This document shows positions 20,783-30,515 of a stretch of DNA of 64,000 nt, piece by piece; positions within the stretch are counted from its first letter, which is position 1, and each line of letters opens with the position of its first letter. The notes beneath the pieces were generated by a model. It saw only the letters and a list, made by a program, of their open reading frames with translations. It ran no database searches and was not told the DNA's origin. The DNA comes from Candidatus Latescibacterota bacterium (GTDB lineage Bacteria; Latescibacterota; UBA2968), in NCBI GenBank assembly GCA_965204375.1, contig OZ241986.1, positions 896,001-960,000 on the forward strand. Reading direction: 5' to 3'. Made by a program: the position numbers and the translations under genes.

Positions 20783-22417
20783 TTAGTGAATACCAAACCA
20801 GAACAGATCACGCGGAGACACGGGATAATCCTGGCGGATAATCTGTTCCATCAGGCGATCTTTCAATTCGAGGCGTAAAGCGGCATGCTCCGGTTCGTTG
20901 ACAAGATTTTTCTGCTCGTCCGGGTCCGCCTCAAGATCGAATAGTTGCTCGCCGTGTCCATCGGGGTAAAACGTGTATCGGTATCTGGATGTGCGTACGG
21001 TGCGCGCCCAGGCTCCCAGGGTCCCTGGTCCGAAACATGGAAAGGATTCAACATAGGCCTCCTCCCGCCAATCGTCCGGCACCTCTCCACGGCAAAGCTC
21101 GACCAATGACCTTCCTGAAATTGCTGGCGCACTGTCGTCCAGACGGCCACCAAAATGGCGAAAGCGCAGGTGAGGTAGGGGCACGCCGGTCAGGTTGAGA
21201 ATAGTGGGACAGATGTCTTCCATTTGCACGATTTCTTGGCGCCTGGCGTTCTTCTGCAGGCCGGGCCCCGCAATGATCAATGGCACCCGAATACCGCCAT
21301 CATAGTGGCGCTCCTGTTTTTGCCAGAAGCCATGGTCACCGAGAAATTCACCGTGATCAGACACAAAAATGATATATGTGTTGTCAAGACGCCCGGTGTC
21401 TTGCAAAGCCTTCCTGACCCGACCGAGTTGTTCGTCCAGATGGGTAATGTCGGCGAAGTAGCAATGACGCTCGTGGCTGAGGTCCGGTATCAGGGGAGGC
21501 TGTCCATCCGAACCGGATGTAACAGCCATATCTTTCATCCAGGATGGTCGGTCGTCGCTCTCGCCGTGCAACACCCGCGCCATTTTCTGAAAATATTCGG
21601 GCGCGTCAGCATCGTTGAGCCAATCCGCGGGGACAGGAGCAGGGATTTTTTTCGGGTTGACGCGGTCCATGAATTCGGCTGGGGGACAAAACGGGCCATG
21701 GGGTGCCACAAAGCTGATATGGGCAAAAAGAGGCTGATCCGAATCGGTGTCGCAGATGAAATCCACCGCCCTTGCAGTTATCCACGATGACTGCGACACC
21801 TCCTCGGGAAACGGCAGCGTATAGGCCTTGGGAGAGTTCCTGGGCCACGCCTCGGTGGGATGTGGATAACGCTCTTTAGCGGCGCGTATGGCCGGTCTCA
21901 GATCGACGCCGTCGGGACCGTATTTGGCGTAACCCGGAACAGCGGGCCAAGCCGTTGAAAGGGCCGCTTCATAATGTTCAGGATGCGCCTCTTTGACCCA
22001 GTCGAGCCACTCGCCAGCGCGGTCATCCTCAGTGCCGTGTACGACATCGAAACCATAGGGGTGGTAGTCGTGTACGAGGCTTTCGTGATGCGGCCTGAGG
22101 TGCAGCTTTCCGAAAGCGCCAGTCCGCCACCCTTCCTTTTGCAGCGCTTGCATAAAGGTCGGAATCTCAGGGTTGAGCGCGTATCCGTTCATGATTAGAC
22201 CATGTGCTCTCGAACAAAGCCCGGTGGCAATCGTTGCCCGGGTAGGTGAGCATACTGGATTGCTGGAGAATGTTCGGGTGAACGATGTGCCGTTTTCGCG
22301 CAACCAGTCCAGGTTCGACAGCACGCAGATTCCTTTGTCCCGAGCCACTTCGAGCCATCTGGCCGACAACTGGTCAACCATAAAAAGGATAACGTTGGGT
22401 TTGTTTTGTGACTGCAT
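20783..22417 (-). CDS. Sulfatase (Cys-type), tandem paralog of 19183..20754
   Basis: PNVILFMVDQ, CSPTR, FGKLH and SDHGE motifs; shares TED.R.GEW and LPFPEE.SQ with its neighbour. Confidence 0.92.
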   Translation of the reverse strand: MQSQNKPNVILFMVDQLSARWLEVARDKGICVLSNLDWLRENGTSFTRTFSSNPVCSPTRATIATGLCSRAHGLIMNGYALNPEIPTFMQALQKEGWRTGAFGKLHLRPHHESLVHDYHPYGFDVVHGTEDDRAGEWLDWVKEAHPEHYEAALSTAWPAVPGYAKYGPDGVDLRPAIRAAKERYPHPTEAWPRNSPKAYTLPFPEEVSQSSWITARAVDFICDTDSDQPLFAHISFVAPHGPFCPPAEFMDRVNPKKIPAPVPADWLNDADAPEYFQKMARVLHGESDDRPSWMKDMAVTSGSDGQPPLIPDLSHERHCYFADITHLDEQLGRVRKALQDTGRLDNTYIIFVSDHGEFLGDHGFWQKQERHYDGGIRVPLIIAGPGLQKNARRQEIVQMEDICPTILNLTGVPLPHLRFRHFGGRLDDSAPAISGRSLVELCRGEVPDDWREEAYVESFPCFGPGTLGAWARTVRTSRYRYTFYPDGHGEQLFDLEADPDEQKNLVNEPEHAALRLELKDRLMEQIIRQDYPVSPRDLFWFGIH

Positions 22418-22448
22418 AATGACTCTCCTGATGCGCTGTTTGAGCTTT

Positions 22449-23603
22449 TTAGTCAATAATCTTTGTTTCTACAGTCATTTTATTTATTGCATCCCAATTC
22501 CACTCTACGCCCATCCCGGGGCCATCTGGTACATCTACATTACCATCTGCATCCACCGCTTCAAGACCATCCTCATATCCTTCGAGAAAAATGTCAGAAG
22601 TCAGTTGCAAACATTCTATATCGGGATGGACCCAAACCATTTCATAATAATTCGAATTACCTATGGCAGACATCACATGTCTTTGCGCTGGACCAACTCC
22701 GTGAATTTCAATATCTGCGCCTACCGTTTCAGCCGCTGACGCCAGTTTCTTCGTTCCCGTGATTCCATCTCCATTTACATTGCCCCTGATAAAATCTGTC
22801 GATCCGGACAACAGCATATTCATCTTTCCAGAGATTCCCGTAACTTTTTCCCCTTGAAGAAGTGGTGTATCGAGAAACCCTTTTAGTCTCTGGTGTCCAT
22901 TCTCAGTCGTGCCGTCCCCAATAAAATAAGGATCCTCTATCCAATAAAAACCGGCTTCATCGCAGGCTCTTCCAACTTTTAAAGCATCCGCAAATGTTGA
23001 ATAATAGTTAAATGCATCCAGCATTAAATCCATCTTTCCCCCGACTCTATCGGCCACAGCGTGTATCAAGTTTATATGGTCTTGAATGTCAGGTCTGGGG
23101 AATGGATGGATCTTAAACCCTTTATAACCTATTTCTAAGCATTGTTCAGCAAAATCGGCGTACGATTCTGGCGTGGATAATCCCCCTTTTAATCCTTCTT
23201 CTCCTCCGTTCATCGTACTGGCATAAGCGGGCAATTTTTTTCTATATCCTCCCAATAATTCAGATACGGAGAGGTCCGTCATTTTTCCGAGGATATCCCA
23301 TAAGATGATGTCAACAGATCCGTGCATCCCACTCAGATGAAACTTATTGAAATCTTGCCATATTTCTTCTCTTGCGAGCGGATTCCGTCCCAATAAGTCG
23401 TGAGCGATGCGAGAAATATCATGGCTAATCGGATAGGTTCCGACGACGCCACAATCAGTATAAATACTGGTCATGTGTTTACCCATTGAAAGATTCACGC
23501 CTGGGTTATAGGTCATCCACGAAGAATATGTACCAGGTCCACAATCTTTGATTTGCCACTGAATCCTTTTTATTTCAATCTTTTTTATTTTAGGCGATTT
23601 CAT
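22449..23603 (-). CDS. Mandelate racemase/muconate lactonizing enzyme (enolase superfamily)
   Basis: WDILGK..LLGG, GYKGFKIH, LMLDA, WIEDP, GEK and PDGPGMGVE motifs; visibly AT-rich; AGGAG RBS. Confidence 0.85.
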   Translation of the reverse strand: MKSPKIKKIEIKRIQWQIKDCGPGTYSSWMTYNPGVNLSMGKHMTSIYTDCGVVGTYPISHDISRIAHDLLGRNPLAREEIWQDFNKFHLSGMHGSVDIILWDILGKMTDLSVSELLGGYRKKLPAYASTMNGGEEGLKGGLSTPESYADFAEQCLEIGYKGFKIHPFPRPDIQDHINLIHAVADRVGGKMDLMLDAFNYYSTFADALKVGRACDEAGFYWIEDPYFIGDGTTENGHQRLKGFLDTPLLQGEKVTGISGKMNMLLSGSTDFIRGNVNGDGITGTKKLASAAETVGADIEIHGVGPAQRHVMSAIGNSNYYEMVWVHPDIECLQLTSDIFLEGYEDGLEAVDADGNVDVPDGPGMGVEWNWDAINKMTVETKIID

Positions 23604-23742
23604 TTCTATCTCCTGGTCTGAAACCCTCGCAGGAAAGACGGTTAGCTTTAGCAGGTTTTTCAATCGACCTGCATGGGTAACGGTTAAACGTTGACAAATA
23701 ACCTTATACTGAGTAGGGACTTGACCCGTTTTGGTGAGTATC

Positions 23743-24681
23743 TTATGCTGATTTTCCGGGCGGGCAGATCGCATCTATTTTTTTCAGAGTAGCTTGATCG
23801 AGCTCGCCGTCGGCAGCGGCCGCGTTCTGTTTTGCCTGCTCGGGTGTCTTCATTCCGGGGATGGGACAGGTGACGGCAGGATTGGCGCGGGTGAACTTGA
23901 GCGCGAGATCAACCATGTTCCTGCCTTCGGGTACTAACTCGCGAATCGCTGCGACCTTGTCGAGTCTGACGAGAAAAGCGTCGCGTTGACTTTCTTCTGG
24001 ATTCCAGAGATCTCGAACCGAGTCTTCAAACCTTGTATCTGCCGTGAATTTATCCGCCAAAAGACCCTGAGCGATTGGGCCTCGCAATAACACCCCGATA
24101 TTGTTGTCCAGGCAGTAGGGTAGGATGTCCTTTTCAGGCCCCCGGTTAAGGAGCGAGTAGTTGATCTGACACGATGCACATGCGCCCTCTGAGTTGAGCG
24201 CTTTGAGCGAATCCAGGTCGTTGGTAGATATCGCGTAGTGACGGATCTTTCCCTCTTTCTTGAGCAACTCAAAGGCTTCGACAAAGATCTCGGGATGTTC
24301 CGGGGTTCCGATGTGACACTGATACAGGTCGATATAGTCTGTATCGAGCCGGTAAAGGCTTGCGTGACAGCAATTGATGATGCTGTATATCGTCTTGTAC
24401 CCGAGGGGATCTCCCTGGCGGCGTCCCCAGTTGCCAGCCTTTGTCGCGATATAGACCTCAGATCGCTTGCTTTTCAGGGCTTTGCCTGTGTAGATTTCAC
24501 TCTGACCACAACCGTAGCCATCCGCGGTATCAAACAAATTAACGCCTGCATCGAGAGCCGCGTTGATGGTGTCGAGGGCCTGCTTTTCTTCAACTGGACC
24601 CCACTGTCCGCCGATGCCCCAGCATCCCATGGAGACAGCGCTCACATTCCACCCCGTTTTCCCAAGCGTTCTATACTGCAT
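23743..24681 (-). CDS. Aldo/keto reductase
   Basis: FDTADGYG, IATKAG, DYIDLYQCH, QINYSLL and IPGMKT motifs. Confidence 0.92.
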   Translation of the reverse strand: MQYRTLGKTGWNVSAVSMGCWGIGGQWGPVEEKQALDTINAALDAGVNLFDTADGYGCGQSEIYTGKALKSKRSEVYIATKAGNWGRRQGDPLGYKTIYSIINCCHASLYRLDTDYIDLYQCHIGTPEHPEIFVEAFELLKKEGKIRHYAISTNDLDSLKALNSEGACASCQINYSLLNRGPEKDILPYCLDNNIGVLLRGPIAQGLLADKFTADTRFEDSVRDLWNPEESQRDAFLVRLDKVAAIRELVPEGRNMVDLALKFTRANPAVTCPIPGMKTPEQAKQNAAAADGELDQATLKKIDAICPPGKSA

Positions 24682-24694
24682 GATATTCCTCCGT

Positions 24695-25543
24695 TTATGA
24701 TTTTTCCCGACGAGGCGTCACGCGCCAGTCGGTTCGCAGTTCGGCAACGCGGTCGGCTGGCGGTTGCATGAAGCGCTTGACCCTTTCACTGGCTTTCGCT
24801 TGCAGCTCAGGCCCGGCCAGTTCCCAGGCATTGTAGAACAGCCGGTCGCCGTTTGGTACGATGCGGATGTTCAGGGTGCGCCGGGGCTTGTGAGTCTGAT
24901 TTACGCCTGCGCAATGCAGGCCTCCCGCGTTTACAATTAGTAAATCACCCGGATCGCCGGTCGCCTGGATCTTGTTGCTGTCTGAATCCGGCTCGGGATC
25001 CATCATTTCGGGTTCGTCGGCTTTGAAACAATGTGTGCGCGGAATCAACCGGGTACCGCCGTTTTCCGCTGAATAGCCGTCGAGCATAAAGAAGAACCAC
25101 AGGCCGTTGTGCTTGCCTTCGTCCGTGAGGCCGGGCCTGAAGTCGCGATGGAAGTGCCCCTGCCTCGCGTCCGGGTGATAGCGTACGGTGTTGGCAACGA
25201 GATCTAAAAAATGGTAAGTACCCAGAGCGCGTTCGCAGATCCCGTGAACGGTGTCGTGGTCGAGCAAATCCATGGCCGCTTTACCCCACATGAAACAGGC
25301 ACGGGCATTTGGATTGATTGTGAAGTTGCGTTTCCCTTTTCCGTCGAGAATGCGCACTTCAGGCAACTTCATTCCCCCTTGCCACTCGGCGATATAATCA
25401 TCCGCAGCACGCTGGGCGATATCCCGGAGAGGGGCGAGATACCCGGGTGCGATTTGCTCCCGCAGGATGACATAACCGTTTTCTTGCAGATCGGCTACGT
25501 GTGCGTCCAATTTCTCGTCGCTCATTGGATGGACTGGTTGCAT
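24695..25543 (-). CDS. Phytanoyl-CoA dioxygenase (PhyH)-like Fe/2OG oxygenase
   Basis: ENGYVIL, HRD, NGGTRLIPRTH, PGDLL and LHCAGVN..R motifs. Confidence 0.85.
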   Translation of the reverse strand: MQPVHPMSDEKLDAHVADLQENGYVILREQIAPGYLAPLRDIAQRAADDYIAEWQGGMKLPEVRILDGKGKRNFTINPNARACFMWGKAAMDLLDHDTVHGICERALGTYHFLDLVANTVRYHPDARQGHFHRDFRPGLTDEGKHNGLWFFFMLDGYSAENGGTRLIPRTHCFKADEPEMMDPEPDSDSNKIQATGDPGDLLIVNAGGLHCAGVNQTHKPRRTLNIRIVPNGDRLFYNAWELAGPELQAKASERVKRFMQPPADRVAELRTDWRVTPRREKS

Positions 25544-25571
25544 AGGTTGATCTCCTTTCGCGTTGCGGACG

Positions 25572-25594
25572 AATTGAAGTTACGTTCAAGATGT
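25572..25594. repeat. 23-bp direct repeat with 31712..31734
   Basis: AATTGAAGTTACGTTCAAGATGT is identical at both sites and contains the TTGAA-N6-TTCAA palindrome. Confidence 0.9.
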
Positions 25595-27066
25595 CAACGA
25601 GGGTCGCCAGCTTCAATTGTTCGTTCCAACAGCCTGCTGCGCATGGCTTCTTCCCGATCTCGATAATCCGGGTTTCCTGCCAGATTCACCAGTTCGCCCG
25701 GGTCGTTCTGCAAGTCGTAAAGTTCAGAACGATCGTTCACATAATGTGCGTATTTCCAATTCTGGTTTCGAACCATGCGACCCCGAGAAAGGAAGAACGT
25801 TCCCGACTCAACCAGCGGCAATTCAGGTACGGGTTCAGTCCGACTCGTGCCGGCTTTCAGCGCGTCCAGTTCTGCTTCTGGTCCTCCCTCTGGCAATGGC
25901 TGACGGCTGCCAACTTCCGCATAGGTACAGTCTCTTTCTGGAGCCATACCCGACATCATTTCGGTCACACTTCTACCCTGAACACCCGGCGGAATCGAGA
26001 TTCCGCTACTCTGGAGTAATGTAGGCATCAAGTCGATTTGCTCAATTTGTAGTGCGTTGGTTGCACCATCCCGTGCATGTTCCAAACCCCTTACGATCAA
26101 CGGGACCTGGACAATGCAGTCGTAGAATGCAGCTGTTTTCCGAATGAGTCCGTGTTCGCCCAGGTACTCACCGTGGTCACCTGTGGCAACAATGATGGTG
26201 TCGTCCCAACGACCAAGCGCTTTTAGTCCATCAAAGAATTTGCCCAAGCATTCATCCAGGTGCCTGAGCATGCCGTAGTAATACGCCATTGTCTGCCGCA
26301 GCTGCTCGTCATCCATGAGATGTAGCCATCCGCCGTGATAATAGACTTGCTGAACGAATGGTTTTGAGTCCAATTCACCCTCAGGTCTATGTGGGAGAGG
26401 CATGTCCTCTGGTCTGTACATCGTGGCAAAAGGTTCGGGAGCCCGATAGGGCGGATGAACATCGGAAAAGCTCAACCACACAAACGAAGGCTCGTCACCC
26501 TTCCGTTCAAGATAATCGAGGGCATGATTCACGTTGGCTCTTGCTGGAGATTCAGCAGGATCAAAAGGATAGGTTCCGCCATACCAGATTGGGTTTGGGT
26601 GATCTCCCCAACGGAAACGTCTTGTTTGTGATTCGAACACGGATGGGTCGATGGGTATTGCAGGCCCAGGAAATGGCTTCCCATAGGCTTCTCTCTGCTT
26701 TTGCCGAAGTGGTGACTCTTCAATACACACTTCAAATCCTGCAGTTTCGGCATCTGGAAAGCAGTGGTTTTTCCCAAATAGGCCACAGCCGACGCCAGCA
26801 TCTTTCAATAGCCCTGGAAGATGAAACCCTTCCTTTTCTTGCATCAACAGCGTGTTGTCTCTGGAACCTGTAACGCTGGGATAACGACCCGTGAAAAATG
26901 CGACCCGTGATGCGACGCAGAGTGGAGAAGGTACGGTGCAGTTTTCAAACCTGATGGCTTCGCTGGCAAAGCGATCTAGATGAGGTGTCGCTTTGACGGG
27001 ATTGCCATAGCATCCCAATGCGCGAGCGGCAAGATGCTCAATGGTGATTACGACAATGCTTTTCAT
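25594..27066 (-). CDS. Sulfatase (atypical CVASR motif)
   Basis: CVASR, FGKNH, DVHPPY, GDHGE and ELYDL motifs; flanked by GATGT at 25590-25594 and 27086-27090. Confidence 0.88.
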   Translation of the reverse strand: MKSIVVITIEHLAARALGCYGNPVKATPHLDRFASEAIRFENCTVPSPLCVASRVAFFTGRYPSVTGSRDNTLLMQEKEGFHLPGLLKDAGVGCGLFGKNHCFPDAETAGFEVCIEESPLRQKQREAYGKPFPGPAIPIDPSVFESQTRRFRWGDHPNPIWYGGTYPFDPAESPARANVNHALDYLERKGDEPSFVWLSFSDVHPPYRAPEPFATMYRPEDMPLPHRPEGELDSKPFVQQVYYHGGWLHLMDDEQLRQTMAYYYGMLRHLDECLGKFFDGLKALGRWDDTIIVATGDHGEYLGEHGLIRKTAAFYDCIVQVPLIVRGLEHARDGATNALQIEQIDLMPTLLQSSGISIPPGVQGRSVTEMMSGMAPERDCTYAEVGSRQPLPEGGPEAELDALKAGTSRTEPVPELPLVESGTFFLSRGRMVRNQNWKYAHYVNDRSELYDLQNDPGELVNLAGNPDYRDREEAMRSRLLERTIEAGDPR

Positions 27067-27085
27067 CTTTTATCCAGTCTCTGTG

Positions 27086-27245
27086 GATGTGTAAAAGGGC
27101 TGATCACGATATTCGGGTAGGAACCGCTGTTGTTATCACCCATCATCACGATCCTTTCGCCCGTTGAAACCAGTCAATGAGTTGGCTTTTAAGTCTGTAA
27201 CAATGATGAGAAAATTTGGTTTTGTGGCCATAATGATCTACCTGG
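27086..27245 (-). pseudogene. Head-plus-tail deletion scar of a homolog of sulfatase 31790..33097 with its downstream flank
   Basis: 27086-27193 matches 31730-31837 (1 mismatch) and 27194-27245 matches 33060-33111; about 1222 bp of the gene is missing. Confidence 0.92.
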
Positions 27246-27246
27246 A

Positions 27247-28089
27247 TCATTCCTTGAGCGCGGCAGCATCCTCAGCGATCCACTCTTCCCATCTCTCTTC
27301 GTCGGGTTGCATAAATCCACTGTTGGCTCGCCGAAATACATTTGCATCTTCGCCCAAGAGGCGCAGTAGTCGACGATTGCCAGTCGCTCGTGCTCGCGTT
27401 TTGACTGCTTGAGAAATTGGGCCTGAATAATTGGCTCTGTGTTTAAGCCAGGAATGATTCATCGTTAAAAAGAAAAGGTATCGGTATTCCTTTGAGTAAT
27501 TGGCTGTTCCCGAGTGTACGATAGCATTGTGAAATACGGCGATATCTCCAGATTTGGGATAAAGGATGACTTCGTCGGGGTGGGGTTGCTTTCTTTCTTC
27601 GGCCGTTAAAGACATGGCTTTCATGTGAGAACCTGGAATAATACGTAGGGGGCCAATTTCATCATCGAGATTCTGCAAATAGCTCAGGGCATTGAAGAGT
27701 AAGGGCCTTTGGTAGATGCCTTCTTGAGGAAATTCGGCAAACATGTCCCGGTGAAAACCCAGTACCGGGTTTGTGTTTGGGTCCTGTGGTGCCGTGCGCC
27801 GGTATGTGATGGATTCGAGTTGGACATGCGGGCCGACGATCATTTCACAAAAGTCCAATAGGCGATCATTTTGTAAGGCCGAAAGTACGAGATCGGGTTT
27901 GTGTTCGAGCACATCCACAAAAACCTGGGGACGACTGCCATCGGGATTAGGCAGGCGATCACCGATTTCTTCAAATGAATCCCGCATAGCTTTGACCCAG
28001 ACATCGTCCAGCATCTTTGGGAAAAGTGTAAATCCAACTGTTTTGAATTCTTCAAGGTGTTCCTGGAGAGATTTGGTACCTTCTCGCAT
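27247..28089 (-). CDS. PhyH-like Fe/2OG oxygenase
   Basis: GFHRD, GPLRIIPGSH, GDIAVFH and VHSGTAN..R motifs. Confidence 0.85.
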   Translation of the reverse strand: MREGTKSLQEHLEEFKTVGFTLFPKMLDDVWVKAMRDSFEEIGDRLPNPDGSRPQVFVDVLEHKPDLVLSALQNDRLLDFCEMIVGPHVQLESITYRRTAPQDPNTNPVLGFHRDMFAEFPQEGIYQRPLLFNALSYLQNLDDEIGPLRIIPGSHMKAMSLTAEERKQPHPDEVILYPKSGDIAVFHNAIVHSGTANYSKEYRYLFFLTMNHSWLKHRANYSGPISQAVKTRARATGNRRLLRLLGEDANVFRRANSGFMQPDEERWEEWIAEDAAALKE

Positions 28090-28120
28090 TTTCAGCCCCC
28101 TCGTGTTTCAGTAATAATTA

Positions 28121-29077
28121 CTACTTAGATTTGGGTCCCTTGTAAGGTTGGCCGATAGGGAATCCGTGCGGTTCAAGGTGCGGACGGAACGGTACCATAT
28201 CGGCGATTTCCTTAAGCCCGGAGAGTATCTCTGGAGGAAGAGGTCCTTTTTCAGCAGCTGCCACATTTTGTTCGACTTCCTCTATAGATTCTGTCCCCAT
28301 GAGAACGGTGGAGACGTTGGGATTGGAAATTACCCATCGCAGAGCGACTTCTGCAAGTGGTAATCCGATTTCATCCACAAAAGCGTAGAGTTTTTTGAAC
28401 TGCTCCAGACGTGGCGGACTCAGCCATCGTGCGCCATTTTCCAGTTCCGGGATGTCGCGACGGGCCAGAAGACCCTTGAAAAAGGCTGCACCTATGACAA
28501 TTCCCATATTCTGTTTCTTAGCTTCAGGCAATCCAGAAATAGCGAATTCCTGCCGGACCAGATTGTAATTACCCGCTGCCAGAACCACATCGTAGTTACC
28601 TGTGGCCATGATGTGTGGAAGTTCATAGGAACTGGTGCCAGCCAGCCCTGTGAATTTGATTATTTTTTCCTCTTTAAGTTTCTCCAGGACTTCACACACA
28701 GGTCCATGGAAATTGTCATAGTCAGTCCACCAATCGAATATTGAGGGATGGTCAGGTTCATGGATTTGCAGAATATCAATACTGTCGCGCTTAAGCAGTC
28801 GGAGGCTCTCATCAACTGACCGACGTAGCATATCTTTATCCTGTGCGTCAAATGGTTTGGGCCTTCCTCCGAGCTTAGTGGCTATGTAATGCGATTGACT
28901 CGCTCCCTCCAGGCCGATCCCTATATTTTTCTCACTATTTCCATAGCCGGGAGCCGTGTCTATATAGTTTACGCCCAGTCCCAGCGCGCGCCGCACAGTC
29001 TCTGGCTTTGCTCCAACTCCTCCCATACCGAGAACAGTGACTTCAAATCCCGTGCGTCCAAGAATTCGTTTCTCCAC
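28121..29077 (-). CDS. Aldo/keto reductase; paralog of 33858..34874
   Basis: YIDTAPGYG, IATKLG and DILQIHEPD motifs; C-terminal MVPFRP.EP shared with 33858..34874; GTG start with GAGGAGG RBS. Confidence 0.88.
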   Translation of the reverse strand: MEKRILGRTGFEVTVLGMGGVGAKPETVRRALGLGVNYIDTAPGYGNSEKNIGIGLEGASQSHYIATKLGGRPKPFDAQDKDMLRRSVDESLRLLKRDSIDILQIHEPDHPSIFDWWTDYDNFHGPVCEVLEKLKEEKIIKFTGLAGTSSYELPHIMATGNYDVVLAAGNYNLVRQEFAISGLPEAKKQNMGIVIGAAFFKGLLARRDIPELENGARWLSPPRLEQFKKLYAFVDEIGLPLAEVALRWVISNPNVSTVLMGTESIEEVEQNVAAAEKGPLPPEILSGLKEIADMVPFRPHLEPHGFPIGQPYKGPKSK

Positions 29078-29100
29078 ATAGCCCTCCTATTTGGCAGAAG

Positions 29101-30447
29101 TCAGGATTGGAAAATCGTCCCGGGCCACGGATAAGCGTTGGATCCAGCCTCATCATCGATGGGGCCTTCCGGCAGTGTGGCTTGCCAATCCATGACCTGC
29201 TCTGACATCTGCTTGACCAGGGTCTCTTCAAATTTGGCGTGATTGACGAGTTCCATCGGATCTGCGGGAATGTTGTACAACTCGACACGACTTCTGTCCG
29301 GGTTGAGAAGCAGCTTCCAGTCACCCTCGCGGATTGAAAGGATCGGGCTTTTGTGAAGGCAATGGCCGTGAACCCGAAATCGCCACTCCCACATCAACGG
29401 CGTCGTGCGATCTACCGAGTTACCTCGAAAGGCGGCTGTCATATCCTCGCCCTGCAGACCAATGTTGTCGGGAATGTCTATGCCAGCGATAGAACAAAAA
29501 GTAGGCAATAGGTCTATGGCACATAAGGGCGTCGTGTTGTCAACTTTGCCTTTTGGTCCGCCACTGCTTGGCCACCGAAGAATGAAAGGGGTTCGCACAC
29601 CGCCTTCGTAGAGGCTTCTTTTTCGACCTCGAAAGGGACCAGAAGAACCGACGCCACTGTGTGACGCATTTCGAACGTGGATATCCTCGGGGCCGTTGTC
29701 AGCAGAGAAGATGACAATCGTGTTGTCGGAAAGGCCCAGTTGATCCAGCCGATCCATGAGCCGTCCAATGTGGTAATCCGCGTTGGTAACGACAGAATAG
29801 TAGATGCGTAGTGCACCTTTGTGTTTGTCTTCCAGGCCTTGAGCGGTAAAATTCATATAGGGTTCCATCTGTTCCTCTGTAGGATCCAGAGTGGCGTGAG
29901 TGTCAAGCAACCACGCTTGCACAAAGAAAGGCTCATCCCGATGTCTTTCGATGAAGGATATGGTTTCATCTACAATTACCTCTGTAGATTGAGATCTGCC
30001 TTCGGGAATCTCAATGGCGGGTCCGACCGCATTGAATGTTTTGGATTCGTCAATCCCATAAGCCGTGGTATTGGGTGCTTCTTCGCCACTTCCCAGGTGC
30101 CACTTGCCAAAGTGGCCAACAGCATATCCACTTTGTTGCAGGAGACCTGTGATGGTCGTTGCATCGGGATCCAACCAGTCTGGCATGCCGCGTTGGGCGT
30201 TCTGCTCGTGACGGGCAAAATGGCCATGTATGCCCCAGTGGGCAGGAAATCGACCCGTCATGACCGCTGCCCGGCTGGGTGAGCACACACCCGAGCAAAC
30301 ATAGAATTGTGAGAAGAGAATGCCCTGCGAAGCGAGCCGATCCAGATTTGGCGTTTTTACAAACTGGTGGCCGTAGCAACTCAAGTCACCCCACCCCCAA
30401 TCGTCGGCGAAGACAAATACGATATTGGGTCTTTTCGATTCAGCCAT
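29101..30447 (-). CDS. Sulfatase (arylsulfatase A/GALNS-like)
   Basis: ADDWGWGDL, CSPSR, FGKWHLG, ADNGP and LYEGGVR motifs. Confidence 0.93.
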   Translation of the reverse strand: MAESKRPNIVFVFADDWGWGDLSCYGHQFVKTPNLDRLASQGILFSQFYVCSGVCSPSRAAVMTGRFPAHWGIHGHFARHEQNAQRGMPDWLDPDATTITGLLQQSGYAVGHFGKWHLGSGEEAPNTTAYGIDESKTFNAVGPAIEIPEGRSQSTEVIVDETISFIERHRDEPFFVQAWLLDTHATLDPTEEQMEPYMNFTAQGLEDKHKGALRIYYSVVTNADYHIGRLMDRLDQLGLSDNTIVIFSADNGPEDIHVRNASHSGVGSSGPFRGRKRSLYEGGVRTPFILRWPSSGGPKGKVDNTTPLCAIDLLPTFCSIAGIDIPDNIGLQGEDMTAAFRGNSVDRTTPLMWEWRFRVHGHCLHKSPILSIREGDWKLLLNPDRSRVELYNIPADPMELVNHAKFEETLVKQMSEQVMDWQATLPEGPIDDEAGSNAYPWPGTIFQS

Positions 30448-30515
30448 TGCGGTTCTCCTTCAGGTTGTAGGAACTGGGCAGAGTCTTAATGCAGAGTAAT
30501 ATCTTAAATATCGAT

